Positions 50,439 through 58,698 of a stretch of 58,698 bases of DNA are shown one piece after another. Within the stretch, counting starts at the first letter, position 1; every line of letters begins with the position of its first letter. Source of the DNA: Flavobacteriales bacterium. Lineage in GTDB: Bacteria; Bacteroidota; Bacteroidia; Flavobacteriales; TMED113. The notes under the pieces are model-generated. The model had not been told where the DNA came from and did no database searches. It was given only the letters and a program-made list of their open reading frames with translations. The translations under genes and the position numbers were made by a program. The stretch is taken from positions 1 through 58,698 of the forward strand of contig PKDT01000033.1 of NCBI GenBank assembly GCA_002863085.1. The letters run 5' to 3'.

Positions 50439-51598
50439 AGTTTTTTAATTAAATAATTTGCTTGCATCCTCGTGCTTTTGTCTGTTTTATAATAATCCTC
50501 TAAAGCAGGATTTTCCACAAAATTAAAGTTTTCTAGGGACTTTTCTACAATTTTTATCATATCAAGAAAATGAATCCTTTTATTTAGAAACGCCTCGACA
50601 GCAACTTCATTTGCTGCATTAAGTACACAAGGGGCATTTCCCCCAACTTTAATGGATTCTTTAGCTAGATTTAAATGAGGAAACTTAGATGTGTTGGGCT
50701 CAAAAAATGTAAGACTTTTTAAATCAGCCAATGAGAAGGCGTCTTTTTTATAATAAGTTCTTTTGGGGTAAGAAAAAGCATATAAAATTGGTGTAATCAT
50801 TGTTGGCAGCCCCAGTTGTGCCTTTAAAGATCCATCACTAAACTCTACAAGACTATGAATGATAGACTCTGGGTGAACAACCACACCTATATCTTTAATG
50901 GGCTTGTCAAATAACCAGTGTGCTTCAATTAACTCAAGCCCCTTGTTCATTAATGTGGCTGAATCAACAGTTATTTTTGAGCCCATACTCCAATTTGGGT
51001 GTTTTAGCGCCTTTTCAACAGTAATGTTCTTAAATAGTTTTTTGTCTAAATTAAGAAATGGTCCACCAGATGCAGTTAAAATTAACTTGCTAACACTTTC
51101 AATAGACTCCCCAACTAAACACTGAAAAATAGCAGAGTGTTCGGAGTCAACGGGTATAATTTTTACACCCATTTTTTTGGCTAAGCTCATTATTAGTCCT
51201 CCCGCTACAACTAGTGTTTCTTTATTTGCAAGAGCTATATTCTTTTTTGCTCTAATAGCAGAAATAGTTGGTTTGAGACCAGCACTACCAACAATTGAAG
51301 TTAACACTAAGTCAATCTCTGGGTCAGATAATAGGCCACAAAGATCTTTTTCGCCAAGCCACACGTTTACATTTTGGTTTTTTAGTTTTTCTTTTAGAAA
51401 GCAATACCCAGTCTCATCGTTAATTACAACATTCTTAGGCTTAAACAATAATGCTTGTTCGCAAAGTAGTTTAAAGTTTTTGTTTGCACTCAAAAGGTGT
51501 GCTTTATAATTTTTTAGTTTTGATATAATTTCTAGCGCCTGAGTACCTATTGAGCCAGTAGATCCTAAGATGGCTATGCTTTTTAAGTTTTTACACAT
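50435..51598 (-). CDS. dxr: 1-deoxy-D-xylulose-5-phosphate reductoisomerase
   Basis: ILGSTGSIGTQAL, LANKETLV, PVDSEHSAIFQC and HPNWSMG. Confidence 0.95.
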   Translation of the reverse strand: MCKNLKSIAILGSTGSIGTQALEIISKLKNYKAHLLSANKNFKLLCEQALLFKPKNVVINDETGYCFLKEKLKNQNVNVWLGEKDLCGLLSDPEIDLVLTSIVGSAGLKPTISAIRAKKNIALANKETLVVAGGLIMSLAKKMGVKIIPVDSEHSAIFQCLVGESIESVSKLILTASGGPFLNLDKKLFKNITVEKALKHPNWSMGSKITVDSATLMNKGLELIEAHWLFDKPIKDIGVVVHPESIIHSLVEFSDGSLKAQLGLPTMITPILYAFSYPKRTYYKKDAFSLADLKSLTFFEPNTSKFPHLNLAKESIKVGGNAPCVLNAANEVAVEAFLNKRIHFLDMIKIVEKSLENFNFVENPALEDYYKTDKSTRMQANYLIKKL

Positions 51599-53081
51599 AA
51601 TTATTTTTTAGAAAAGAACCAATTTTATTATCGTTCGATAAATGGGGACATTTATTTTGTCCACCAAATTTACCAATAGATTTCATATAACTATTAAATC
51701 CACCCTTTTTTACGCAATGTAAATCAAGAAGACCTATTACACCTGAGTGTATTAAATCTTTGTAATATGGGTTTTGTTTCTCCATTTCTTTATTCAACAT
51801 AGACTCGAACTCTCTAATTTTTTTTGGTTTATCACTAAACTCAATATACCAATTGTGACAGGGTTTTGTTGAATCATCTCCGAAATTGGGGCAAACTGTA
51901 AATTCAGAAACCACCCCCCCCAATTTCAACACACAGTTTTTAAGGGCAGTTTGAACCTCTTTTTCTATTACATGTTCTCCAAAAGCAGAGCAAAATTGAG
52001 AAGCTCTGCCGCTAAAAACAAAACGATATGGTTTTAGTGATGTAAATCGGATAGTGTCTCCGGTGTTATACCCCCAAAGTCCGGAGATTGTTGACACAAC
52101 CAAGACGTAGTCGACACCGGTTTTCGCATCCTCTAAGCACCGTCTCTCAAAATTGCCTTGCTTGAAGTCAGAAAGTTCAATAAACTCGTAAAAAACACCA
52201 TGATTTGTTAATAATAATAAGTCCCGATCATTTAGTTTGTTTTGATATCCAAAAAATCCCTCGGAGGCAGGATACACTTCTAAAGTGTCGATATTGCCAC
52301 ACAGATTTAAAAAATTACTTTTGTAGTTGTCGAAACTAGTTCCTCCATGAATATATAATTTCAGGTTTGGAAATACATCTAACACTCTCTTTTTATTGGT
52401 TGTTTGAAGCAACTTTTCAAAATAAGTTATAACCCAAGGAGGAATTCCACCTAATATTTTCAGGTTTTTACCAACAGTTTCATCTACGATTTTTGACAAC
52501 TTGAGGTCCCAATCCTTTATCAGGTTAGTTTTCATTGACGGAAGGCGGTTTTTTTTCAAATAGAACGGAATGTGTCTTGCGGTGATGCCCGAAAGTTTTG
52601 CATAAGGAACTTTGTTAAATTTACTTAGTTTAGGCGAGCCCTGAATAAACATCATTGCCGAACCCGAAAAGTCATATTGCCCTGTTTGGTACGAATAAAG
52701 CAAAAGAAGTTCTTTTACAGACTTTGTTTGATTTGATAACATACTTTTTGTCAGTGGTATGTATTTTGTGCCTGACGTGGTGCCTGATGTTATAGCAAAA
52801 TACATAGGAGAGTCTTGTGTTAGAATGTTTTTTTCACCATTTGAAATTAATGAAATGTAAGGGGATAGTTTTTCATAATCAAAAAGAGGAATTTTTTCCT
52901 TATATTCTTTGTAGCCTAGCCCGTTTAGATTATGATCTTTAGCAAACTTAGAACCCTTACCCAATTTAATAATTTTCTTAAATACTTTCCATTGATTGGT
53001 TATTGAGTTTTTTTCAGAAAGTTGCGATAATTTGTGTTGTCTTTTTGCTAAAAACTTTAATATGTACTTACTTAAAACCAT
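51591..53081 (-). CDS. GH3 (auxin-responsive promoter) family protein, acyl-adenylate-forming fold
   Basis: 496 aa with FAITSGTTSGTKYIP, YPASEGFFG and GLWGYNTGDT, typical of bacterial GH3 homologues. Confidence 0.8.
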   Translation of the reverse strand: MVLSKYILKFLAKRQHKLSQLSEKNSITNQWKVFKKIIKLGKGSKFAKDHNLNGLGYKEYKEKIPLFDYEKLSPYISLISNGEKNILTQDSPMYFAITSGTTSGTKYIPLTKSMLSNQTKSVKELLLLYSYQTGQYDFSGSAMMFIQGSPKLSKFNKVPYAKLSGITARHIPFYLKKNRLPSMKTNLIKDWDLKLSKIVDETVGKNLKILGGIPPWVITYFEKLLQTTNKKRVLDVFPNLKLYIHGGTSFDNYKSNFLNLCGNIDTLEVYPASEGFFGYQNKLNDRDLLLLTNHGVFYEFIELSDFKQGNFERRCLEDAKTGVDYVLVVSTISGLWGYNTGDTIRFTSLKPYRFVFSGRASQFCSAFGEHVIEKEVQTALKNCVLKLGGVVSEFTVCPNFGDDSTKPCHNWYIEFSDKPKKIREFESMLNKEMEKQNPYYKDLIHSGVIGLLDLHCVKKGGFNSYMKSIGKFGGQNKCPHLSNDNKIGSFLKNNYV

Positions 53082-53947
53082 TAAAAATCAATATAATCTG
53101 AAGGGTTTATTGGAGATCCGTTTTGCCATAGCTCAAAATGTAAATGGGGCCCCGTTGACTGTTCTCCACTATTTCCAACAACTCCAATAACTTCACCCGC
53201 CTTAACAAGATCTCCACTTTCTTTAAATAAAATCGAGTTATGCATGTATGTAGACACGATATTATCAATATGTTGAATAATTACAACATTTCCTTTTGAG
53301 CTTGACCAGTCTGAAAACAAAACAATTCCATCTAAACAAGACTTCACCGAAGAGTTTTGGGCGGCTGCAATGTCTAAACCATAATGCTTGTTATTTATAT
53401 TAAAATCATCTATAATTACTCCCTCAACAGGCTTAAAAAAAACAAAATCTTCGATAGAGTTTGTCATTTGGGCCTTATAAACAGGAATATTGTAAAGATC
53501 GGCATCAATAACCTCTTGCCTTAAAATTGAATCGTGTTTAGAGGGCTTTAAATCATTTCTATTAACAAGCACAGTTGAGTCACTATCAACTACATTGGTG
53601 TTTTCAACAACCTCGCCCCGCACAATCCGGTGAATCATATTTATATATTCGCGCTTTAAAATTAGATCCCTTTCGAGAGAGTCAACTTTTATCATTAGCT
53701 CAATAATTTTATTATTTTTTATAACACCCCTATCTGGCAATAATTCTTTAAAAAACGTGAACCCAAATAAAAAGAAAGAAACTATAAGTGCCGTTAAAAA
53801 CAAGTAGGCGATGATTGATAATATGTGGTAACCATAAAAGTCAGATACTTGCTTTTCTTTAAGTGAGTCTTTATCTATTAAGCTTAGTTTGTAGTTTTGA
53901 AAAAGTAAGCGTTGTAAAATTTTTCGAATACTCTTGATTATTGGCAT
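53081..53947 (-). CDS. M23-family peptidoglycan metalloendopeptidase with N-terminal TM anchor
   Basis: HYGLDIA, STYMHN and GNSGEQSTGPHLHFE (LytM motifs). Confidence 0.8.
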   Translation of the reverse strand: MPIIKSIRKILQRLLFQNYKLSLIDKDSLKEKQVSDFYGYHILSIIAYLFLTALIVSFFLFGFTFFKELLPDRGVIKNNKIIELMIKVDSLERDLILKREYINMIHRIVRGEVVENTNVVDSDSTVLVNRNDLKPSKHDSILRQEVIDADLYNIPVYKAQMTNSIEDFVFFKPVEGVIIDDFNINNKHYGLDIAAAQNSSVKSCLDGIVLFSDWSSSKGNVVIIQHIDNIVSTYMHNSILFKESGDLVKAGEVIGVVGNSGEQSTGPHLHFELWQNGSPINPSDYIDF

Positions 53948-54068
53948 GAATTTATATGATCAAAATTCAAATATCGCAAATTAGATAGTTAAAAATATCA
54001 TATGAGTCAAAAAAATAAAATAATTTTGTATTCGTTTATAAATAAACATTTACAAAATATTCATCCCG

Positions 54069-56615
54069 ATGATTGGTCAAAAAAAAATATTTTTTTATCT
54101 GACTGCAGTTTTTTTAATTAGCTGCTCTACACAAAAAGATGCTCTCGTTAACAGAGTTTATCATCAGCTAAACACAAAATATAATGGATTGTTTTATGCA
54201 AATGATTACCTAAGCAAAGGAATAAAGGAAATAAAACAAACACATGTCGATGATTTTTCACAAACAATTACCTTAAATATGTTTTCAGATAATAAATCAT
54301 CAGCATCCAATCAGTCCTATTTTGACCAGGCTATTCAAAGAAGTACTAAGGCTATTGAAAAACATTCAATGGACATAAGCGGCACAGAAAAAAATAAATT
54401 TATAGACGATGCATACATAATAATTGGCAAATCAAAATTTTTTAAGAGAGATTATAACTCGGCAATTAAAACATTTAATTATTTATTACTTGAGTCTAGC
54501 TCAACAGATTCCAAAATCGAGTCAATGATTTGGATTGCTAAATGTCATCAACAGGCGAACAACCAGTCAAGACTACAGCAAACTATTAACAACCTTGAGT
54601 CAAACTATTCATTAAACAACAGACAGAAATCGGAGCTTGAGGTTGTAAAGGCGGAACACTTTGCATCACAAGAAAAAAACGACGAGTCGATCGAAGCATT
54701 GTTAAACGTTATAAAGTTCACAAAAGAAAAGGAGCTTAAAACAAGAGCATTTTTTAAGCTTGGCCAAATTTATTTTATTAACAACCTCTATAAGCAGTCA
54801 AGGGACTGCTTTAAGAGAGTTATAAAACTAAACCCCAACTATGAGATGGTGTTTAATTCGAAGCTTAATATATCTAAAACATTTCAGTCTCAAGAAAACA
54901 ACTTTGAGGAACTAAGTAAGGGCCTGAATGAAATGATTAAAGACAAAAAGAATAAAGATTATTTGGGACAAGTTTTTTATGCACTTGCAGGTCTTCAACT
55001 AAAAAATAGAGATACTGTTTCTGCAATAAACTCTCTTAAAAAGTCAACAATAAATACAGTTAGTCAAGACCAAAAACTAGAGTCCCATTTCCTTTTGGCT
55101 ACCATTTTTTGGAAGAACAAGAACTATATAAAATCCTACAATCATTCTGATACTGCTAAAAACCTAGCAGACTCAAAGTACCCGAACTACGAGTTGATTA
55201 AGTCCATTTATTCAAACTCAAAAAATATAGCAAGACATTATATTAAAATAAACTATAACGACAGTGTAATAAATCTTTCTTTAAAGCCAATGGATGAAAT
55301 TAATGATATTGTTGATAATTTGATTGATGAATTAAAGGCCATTGAGGCAAAAAACAATAATGATTCAAAGCTTTCCAATAATATTGAGCGGGGCTTTAAC
55401 TCATATGAGTATAATAAACAGGCTCAAAACTCACTAAATATTACCTCAGGGGGCGGGTGGTACTTTTATAATCCATCCGCTATAAGTTTGGGCTATTCTG
55501 AATTTAACACAAGGTGGGGAAATAGAAAGCTTGAAGATAATTGGAGGAGAAAGAATAAAGAAGACGTGACAGATCCGGAAGGTTTACTTGACGGTGAAAT
55601 GGTAAATGCACCATCAGAAAAAGAAAAATATAGCCGCGATTACTACATTTCCAAACTGCCGATGGAGCAATATGAACGAGACTCCCTTTTAGCACAAGTT
55701 GAAATGGCGTATTTTGATTTGTCAAATATATTTAAATCAGAGTTACAAGACTATAAAATGTCAATAGAACTTTATGACAGCTTGTTATATAGGTTTCCCC
55801 AAACAGAGTACAAGCCGTTAATTTACCAAGACCTTTACAATATTTACAAAACTCTTGGAGACACAATTTTGTCAGATAAGTACTTAAAGGCCTTGTCCTT
55901 AGAGTTTCCGGGACGACTAAACAAGCTAAGTTCAAATAGTTTGACTTACTCAAACGAAGAAATAGAGAGAGCCAATAAAAACTATTTAGAGTTTTATGGT
56001 CTGTTTTCTAACGACAGACCCAAAGCATGTAGTCTTTTAAGTGACTATAAAAATAAAGATGATGTCAACACAGATAAGTTTGAGCTTCTTTCAATATTAT
56101 GTGAAGCAAAAAACTCATCAAGGGATGAATTTATAACAAAATTAAAAGAATATAAACAAAACTTCTCGGAATCAATTATTTCAAATTATGCAGACAGCTT
56201 AGCAAGTGTTCTGTCAGGTCAATCAGTCAAGGCATTCAATTTCATATATCAAAATGAGTTTGATAATAAACACTTTTTTGTTCTTGTCCTTTCGGATATA
56301 AATATTAATCTACCCGACCTACAAAGAACAATATCTTTCTTTAATAAGGAAAACTTTCAATTGGACAGCTTAAAGACAGAAAACATGTTACTAAATAGAA
56401 AAAAACAACTTTTAAGAGTCGGAGAGTTTAAAAGCAAAGCCGACGCAATGTTATATTTTGAACTTTTTAAAGCCGACAAATCGGCGGCTAAAATTTTTGA
56501 AAATAATTTTATTACTCCGCTTGTTGTAAGTGAAAATAATTTTTTTATATTATTGAGACAAAAAAACATGGATAACTACATGGAATATTTCAACGAGTTT
56601 TATTTGTTTAATTAA
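54069..56615 (+). CDS. sprE: TPR-repeat lipoprotein, probably the gliding/T9SS component SprE (PorW family)
   Basis: Lipobox FLISCST, 848 aa, TPR-like N-terminal half. Its size and architecture match SprE. The window also encodes a T9SS CTD cargo. The assignment is by recollection, not search. Confidence 0.5.
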   Translation: MIGQKKIFFYLTAVFLISCSTQKDALVNRVYHQLNTKYNGLFYANDYLSKGIKEIKQTHVDDFSQTITLNMFSDNKSSASNQSYFDQAIQRSTKAIEKHSMDISGTEKNKFIDDAYIIIGKSKFFKRDYNSAIKTFNYLLLESSSTDSKIESMIWIAKCHQQANNQSRLQQTINNLESNYSLNNRQKSELEVVKAEHFASQEKNDESIEALLNVIKFTKEKELKTRAFFKLGQIYFINNLYKQSRDCFKRVIKLNPNYEMVFNSKLNISKTFQSQENNFEELSKGLNEMIKDKKNKDYLGQVFYALAGLQLKNRDTVSAINSLKKSTINTVSQDQKLESHFLLATIFWKNKNYIKSYNHSDTAKNLADSKYPNYELIKSIYSNSKNIARHYIKINYNDSVINLSLKPMDEINDIVDNLIDELKAIEAKNNNDSKLSNNIERGFNSYEYNKQAQNSLNITSGGGWYFYNPSAISLGYSEFNTRWGNRKLEDNWRRKNKEDVTDPEGLLDGEMVNAPSEKEKYSRDYYISKLPMEQYERDSLLAQVEMAYFDLSNIFKSELQDYKMSIELYDSLLYRFPQTEYKPLIYQDLYNIYKTLGDTILSDKYLKALSLEFPGRLNKLSSNSLTYSNEEIERANKNYLEFYGLFSNDRPKACSLLSDYKNKDDVNTDKFELLSILCEAKNSSRDEFITKLKEYKQNFSESIISNYADSLASVLSGQSVKAFNFIYQNEFDNKHFFVLVLSDININLPDLQRTISFFNKENFQLDSLKTENMLLNRKKQLLRVGEFKSKADAMLYFELFKADKSAAKIFENNFITPLVVSENNFFILLRQKNMDNYMEYFNEFYLFN

Positions 56616-56626
56616 AACAATATATT

Positions 56627-57028
56627 ATGTTAAATACTACAAAAAAAAATGATGAAGTTAATACAATATCAAAAGGGACCAAGCTTAAGGGCGACCTTAG
56701 TTCATCGGGTGATATAAGAATTGACGGCACACTAAACGGCTCAATTAATACCAAGGGGCGACTCGTTGTTGGTGAAACGGGTTTTGTTGAGGGTCAAATT
56801 AGGTGTCAAAATGCTATAGTTGCCGGTAAACTACAAGCTACAATTAATACCGAAGAGCTACTGATGCTTAAGTCATCTGCAAGGCTTTCGGGAGAGGTTG
56901 TTACTGGTAAACTTGCAATTGAGCCGGGTGCTATTTTTACAGGCAAGTGCAGCATGGGACCGATAATAAAAAATTTAGACAAAAATCATGACAAGAACCT
57001 AAATCAGGAAAGTGAAAAGTCAGCTTAA
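56627..57028 (+). CDS. Bactofilin-family cytoskeletal protein
   Basis: A DUF583-type beta-helical repeat: I..GT.LKGDL...GDIRIDG...G.I...GRLVVGE.G.VEG.I....A.V.G.L. Confidence 0.8.
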   Translation: MLNTTKKNDEVNTISKGTKLKGDLSSSGDIRIDGTLNGSINTKGRLVVGETGFVEGQIRCQNAIVAGKLQATINTEELLMLKSSARLSGEVVTGKLAIEPGAIFTGKCSMGPIIKNLDKNHDKNLNQESEKSA

Positions 57029-57404
57029 AAAACACCCAATAATTTCTAATTTATTACTTTCATGCTTAATTGTTGTTGGTGTTTTACTCAGCTCAAAATT
57101 ATTTAAAATGGAAGCCAGTAATGAAAAGTATTTTTCTGTTGTCTTTTTTTTCTCCTTCTACACTGTCAAGCAGCTGGTCTTATCAAGTTATGACAGAAGG
57201 CCTCAAGTTTTTGTCTCCGTCTTCGGATTATTTTCTTTCGCAAAACTAGCACTCTCCGTGTTCTTAATAATTGCTTATTATTTATCAAACAGGTCAAGCC
57301 TAAATAACTCAGAAATGATTTCGTTTGTTATTTATTTTAGTTCAATTTATTTTATTTTCTTATTGTTTAATTTAGTTACTGGCTTTACAAAAAGTGAAAA
57401 ATAA
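57012..57404 (+). CDS. Hypothetical small membrane protein upstream of the atp operon
   Basis: About four hydrophobic segments. The start is uncertain: GTG 57012 overlaps the bactofilin gene, and ATG 57108 is an alternative. Confidence 0.35.
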   Translation: MKSQLKKHPIISNLLLSCLIVVGVLLSSKLFKMEASNEKYFSVVFFFSFYTVKQLVLSSYDRRPQVFVSVFGLFSFAKLALSVFLIIAYYLSNRSSLNNSEMISFVIYFSSIYFIFLLFNLVTGFTKSEK

Positions 57405-57603
57405 AACACCATTATTTAAGCACTATGTCCAAGGTGCAAGTATTTTTTTTCAATTAATTACAGCTATTATTTTAGGTCAAGCCTTGGATTCAGCTTTTGA
57501 TTTAGAAAAATCACCAATAACAATATTTCTTCTAATTTTTGTTATAATATATTCTCTTTATGGACTAGTTATTAGAAATGTCAAAAAAAATAATAAAAAC
57601 TAG
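57394..57603 (+). CDS. AtpZ/AtpI-like small membrane protein
   Basis: 69 aa with two TM helices, immediately upstream of atpB. Confidence 0.5.
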   Translation: MKNKTPLFKHYVQGASIFFQLITAIILGQALDSAFDLEKSPITIFLLIFVIIYSLYGLVIRNVKKNNKN

Positions 57604-57672
57604 AGACTTTTAGGCGCATATATTTATAATTTAATTAATTTTACATTGGTTTTTAATGGTGATTAATATTAG

Positions 57673-58698
57673 ATGAATCGTTTTCTAATTTATATTTTAT
57701 ATTTTATAATAATTCCACTCTACTCATCTAATATTGTGGCCCCCGGCGGTGACAGCGCAGATAAAAGCTCAAAAAAATTCAAGCCGGGATATATGATTAT
57801 GCACCACATTACAGACACGCATGAATGGCACGTGTTTGATTGGAAGGGTAAGCCAGTTTCAATTCCTTTACCAATAATTTTGTATCATGAGGGCCGTGGC
57901 TTGAGCGTATTTATGTCTAGTAAGTTTAATCATGGCAATGATTCATTCATGGGATATATGTTGGATCATGAAAAAATTATTGTAGTTGATGAAAACAATA
58001 AAATAAATAACGCCGAAACCCAAAAGGTTTGGGACTTGTCAATAACTAAAAATGTTTTTTCGCTATTTTTTAGTATAATAATAATGCTTGTTGTTTTTTT
58101 AAAAACAGCGAGTCTATATAAAAGAGAACCGGGCGTCGTAAAAAGAGGATTATCGGGCTTCTTAGAAACAATGATATTGTTTGTAAGAGACGATATAGCA
58201 AAACCAGCAATTGGAGAAAAATATTATATGAGATATATGCCATTTTTGCTCACAGTGTTCTTTTTTATTTGGTTAAATAATCTACTTGGCTTAATTCCTA
58301 TTTTTCCAGGTGGAGCAAATCTTACGGGAAACATAGCGGTTCCCATGATTCTTGCATCAATAGTTTTTATTATCACAACGCTAAGTGCAAAAAAAACATA
58401 TTGGCAGCATATTTTTGCTATGCCAGGTGTGCCTAAACCAGTATTATTAATATTAACACCAGTTGAAATTATTGGAATGCTCTTGAAGCCATTTGTTTTG
58501 ATGATTAGGCTTTTTGCGAACATAACAGCAGGACATATTATTATTTTGTCCTTTTTTAGTTTGATTTTTATATTTGGAGAAATTAGTCCAGTTGCCGGAT
58601 ACGGGGCATCAATATTGTCTGTTTCATTTGTTATTTTTATGACTTTTTTAGAACTATTAGTAGCATTTTTGCAGGCATACGTTTTTACTCTTCTGGCG
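57673..58698 (+). CDS. atpB: F0F1 ATP synthase subunit a (3' end outside window)
   Basis: Not in the ORF track because there is no stop in the window. My translation from ATG 57673 is open to the window end. It contains MIRLFANITAGHIIILSF (essential Arg motif) and LLVAFLQAYVFTLLA. Confidence 0.9.
   Translation, partial: MNRFLIYILYFIIIPLYSSNIVAPGGDSADKSSKKFKPGYMIMHHITDTHEWHVFDWKGKPVSIPLPIILYHEGRGLSVFMSSKFNHGNDSFMGYMLDHEKIIVVDENNKINNAETQKVWDLSITKNVFSLFFSIIIMLVVFLKTASLYKREPGVVKRGLSGFLETMILFVRDDIAKPAIGEKYYMRYMPFLLTVFFFIWLNNLLGLIPIFPGGANLTGNIAVPMILASIVFIITTLSAKKTYWQHIFAMPGVPKPVLLILTPVEIIGMLLKPFVLMIRLFANITAGHIIILSFFSLIFIFGEISPVAGYGASILSVSFVIFMTFLELLVAFLQAYVFTLLA

Overview
This window is a compact, low-GC chromosomal segment that looks like a Bacteroidota (Flavobacteriia-type) genome. 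Supporting signs are a T9SS C-terminal sorting domain, a SprE/PorW-like TPR lipoprotein, a Bacteroidota-type sdhCAB operon, an S46 peptidase and TAnnTTTG -7 boxes. I can support about 52 protein-coding genes, two of them truncated by the window edges and absent from the ORF track (PBP1A at the left edge, atpB at the right edge), plus one tRNA-Thr(GGU). Content is overwhelmingly housekeeping: scoAB, xth, rnr, sdhCAB, pepP, thiL, a full suf operon, purF, ileS, lspA, a membrane pyrophosphatase, asd, uvrC, lipB, lysS, rpiB, dxr, rseP and the start of the atp operon. I see no rRNA, CRISPR array, transposase, integrase, prophage or recognisable defence system, and I cannot point to a clear-cut new multi-gene system. 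The most unusual item is a roughly 370-nt insertion between sdhC and sdhA. It encodes an excisionase-type HTH that, as sequenced, is fused in frame to SdhA; a single-G indel would split it into two overlapping genes. A decamer tandem repeat lies over its start codon. Other items worth a second look are: (1) a collagen-like GXY-repeat secreted protein with perfect 9-bp DNA tandem repeats, paired with a small T9SS-sorted protein next to the tRNA; (2) a strong AT-rich compositional trough (about 37.6-42.2 kb) covering uvrC and a tightly coupled lipB / serine hydrolase / orphan double ABC ATPase / beta-helix lipoprotein operon; (3) a 3-hydroxyanthranilate lower-pathway cluster without a cis ACMS decarboxylase; (4) a bacterial GH3-family gene wedged into an M23-GH3-dxr-rseP operon. 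All functional calls come from motif and family recognition by eye, with no searches run.
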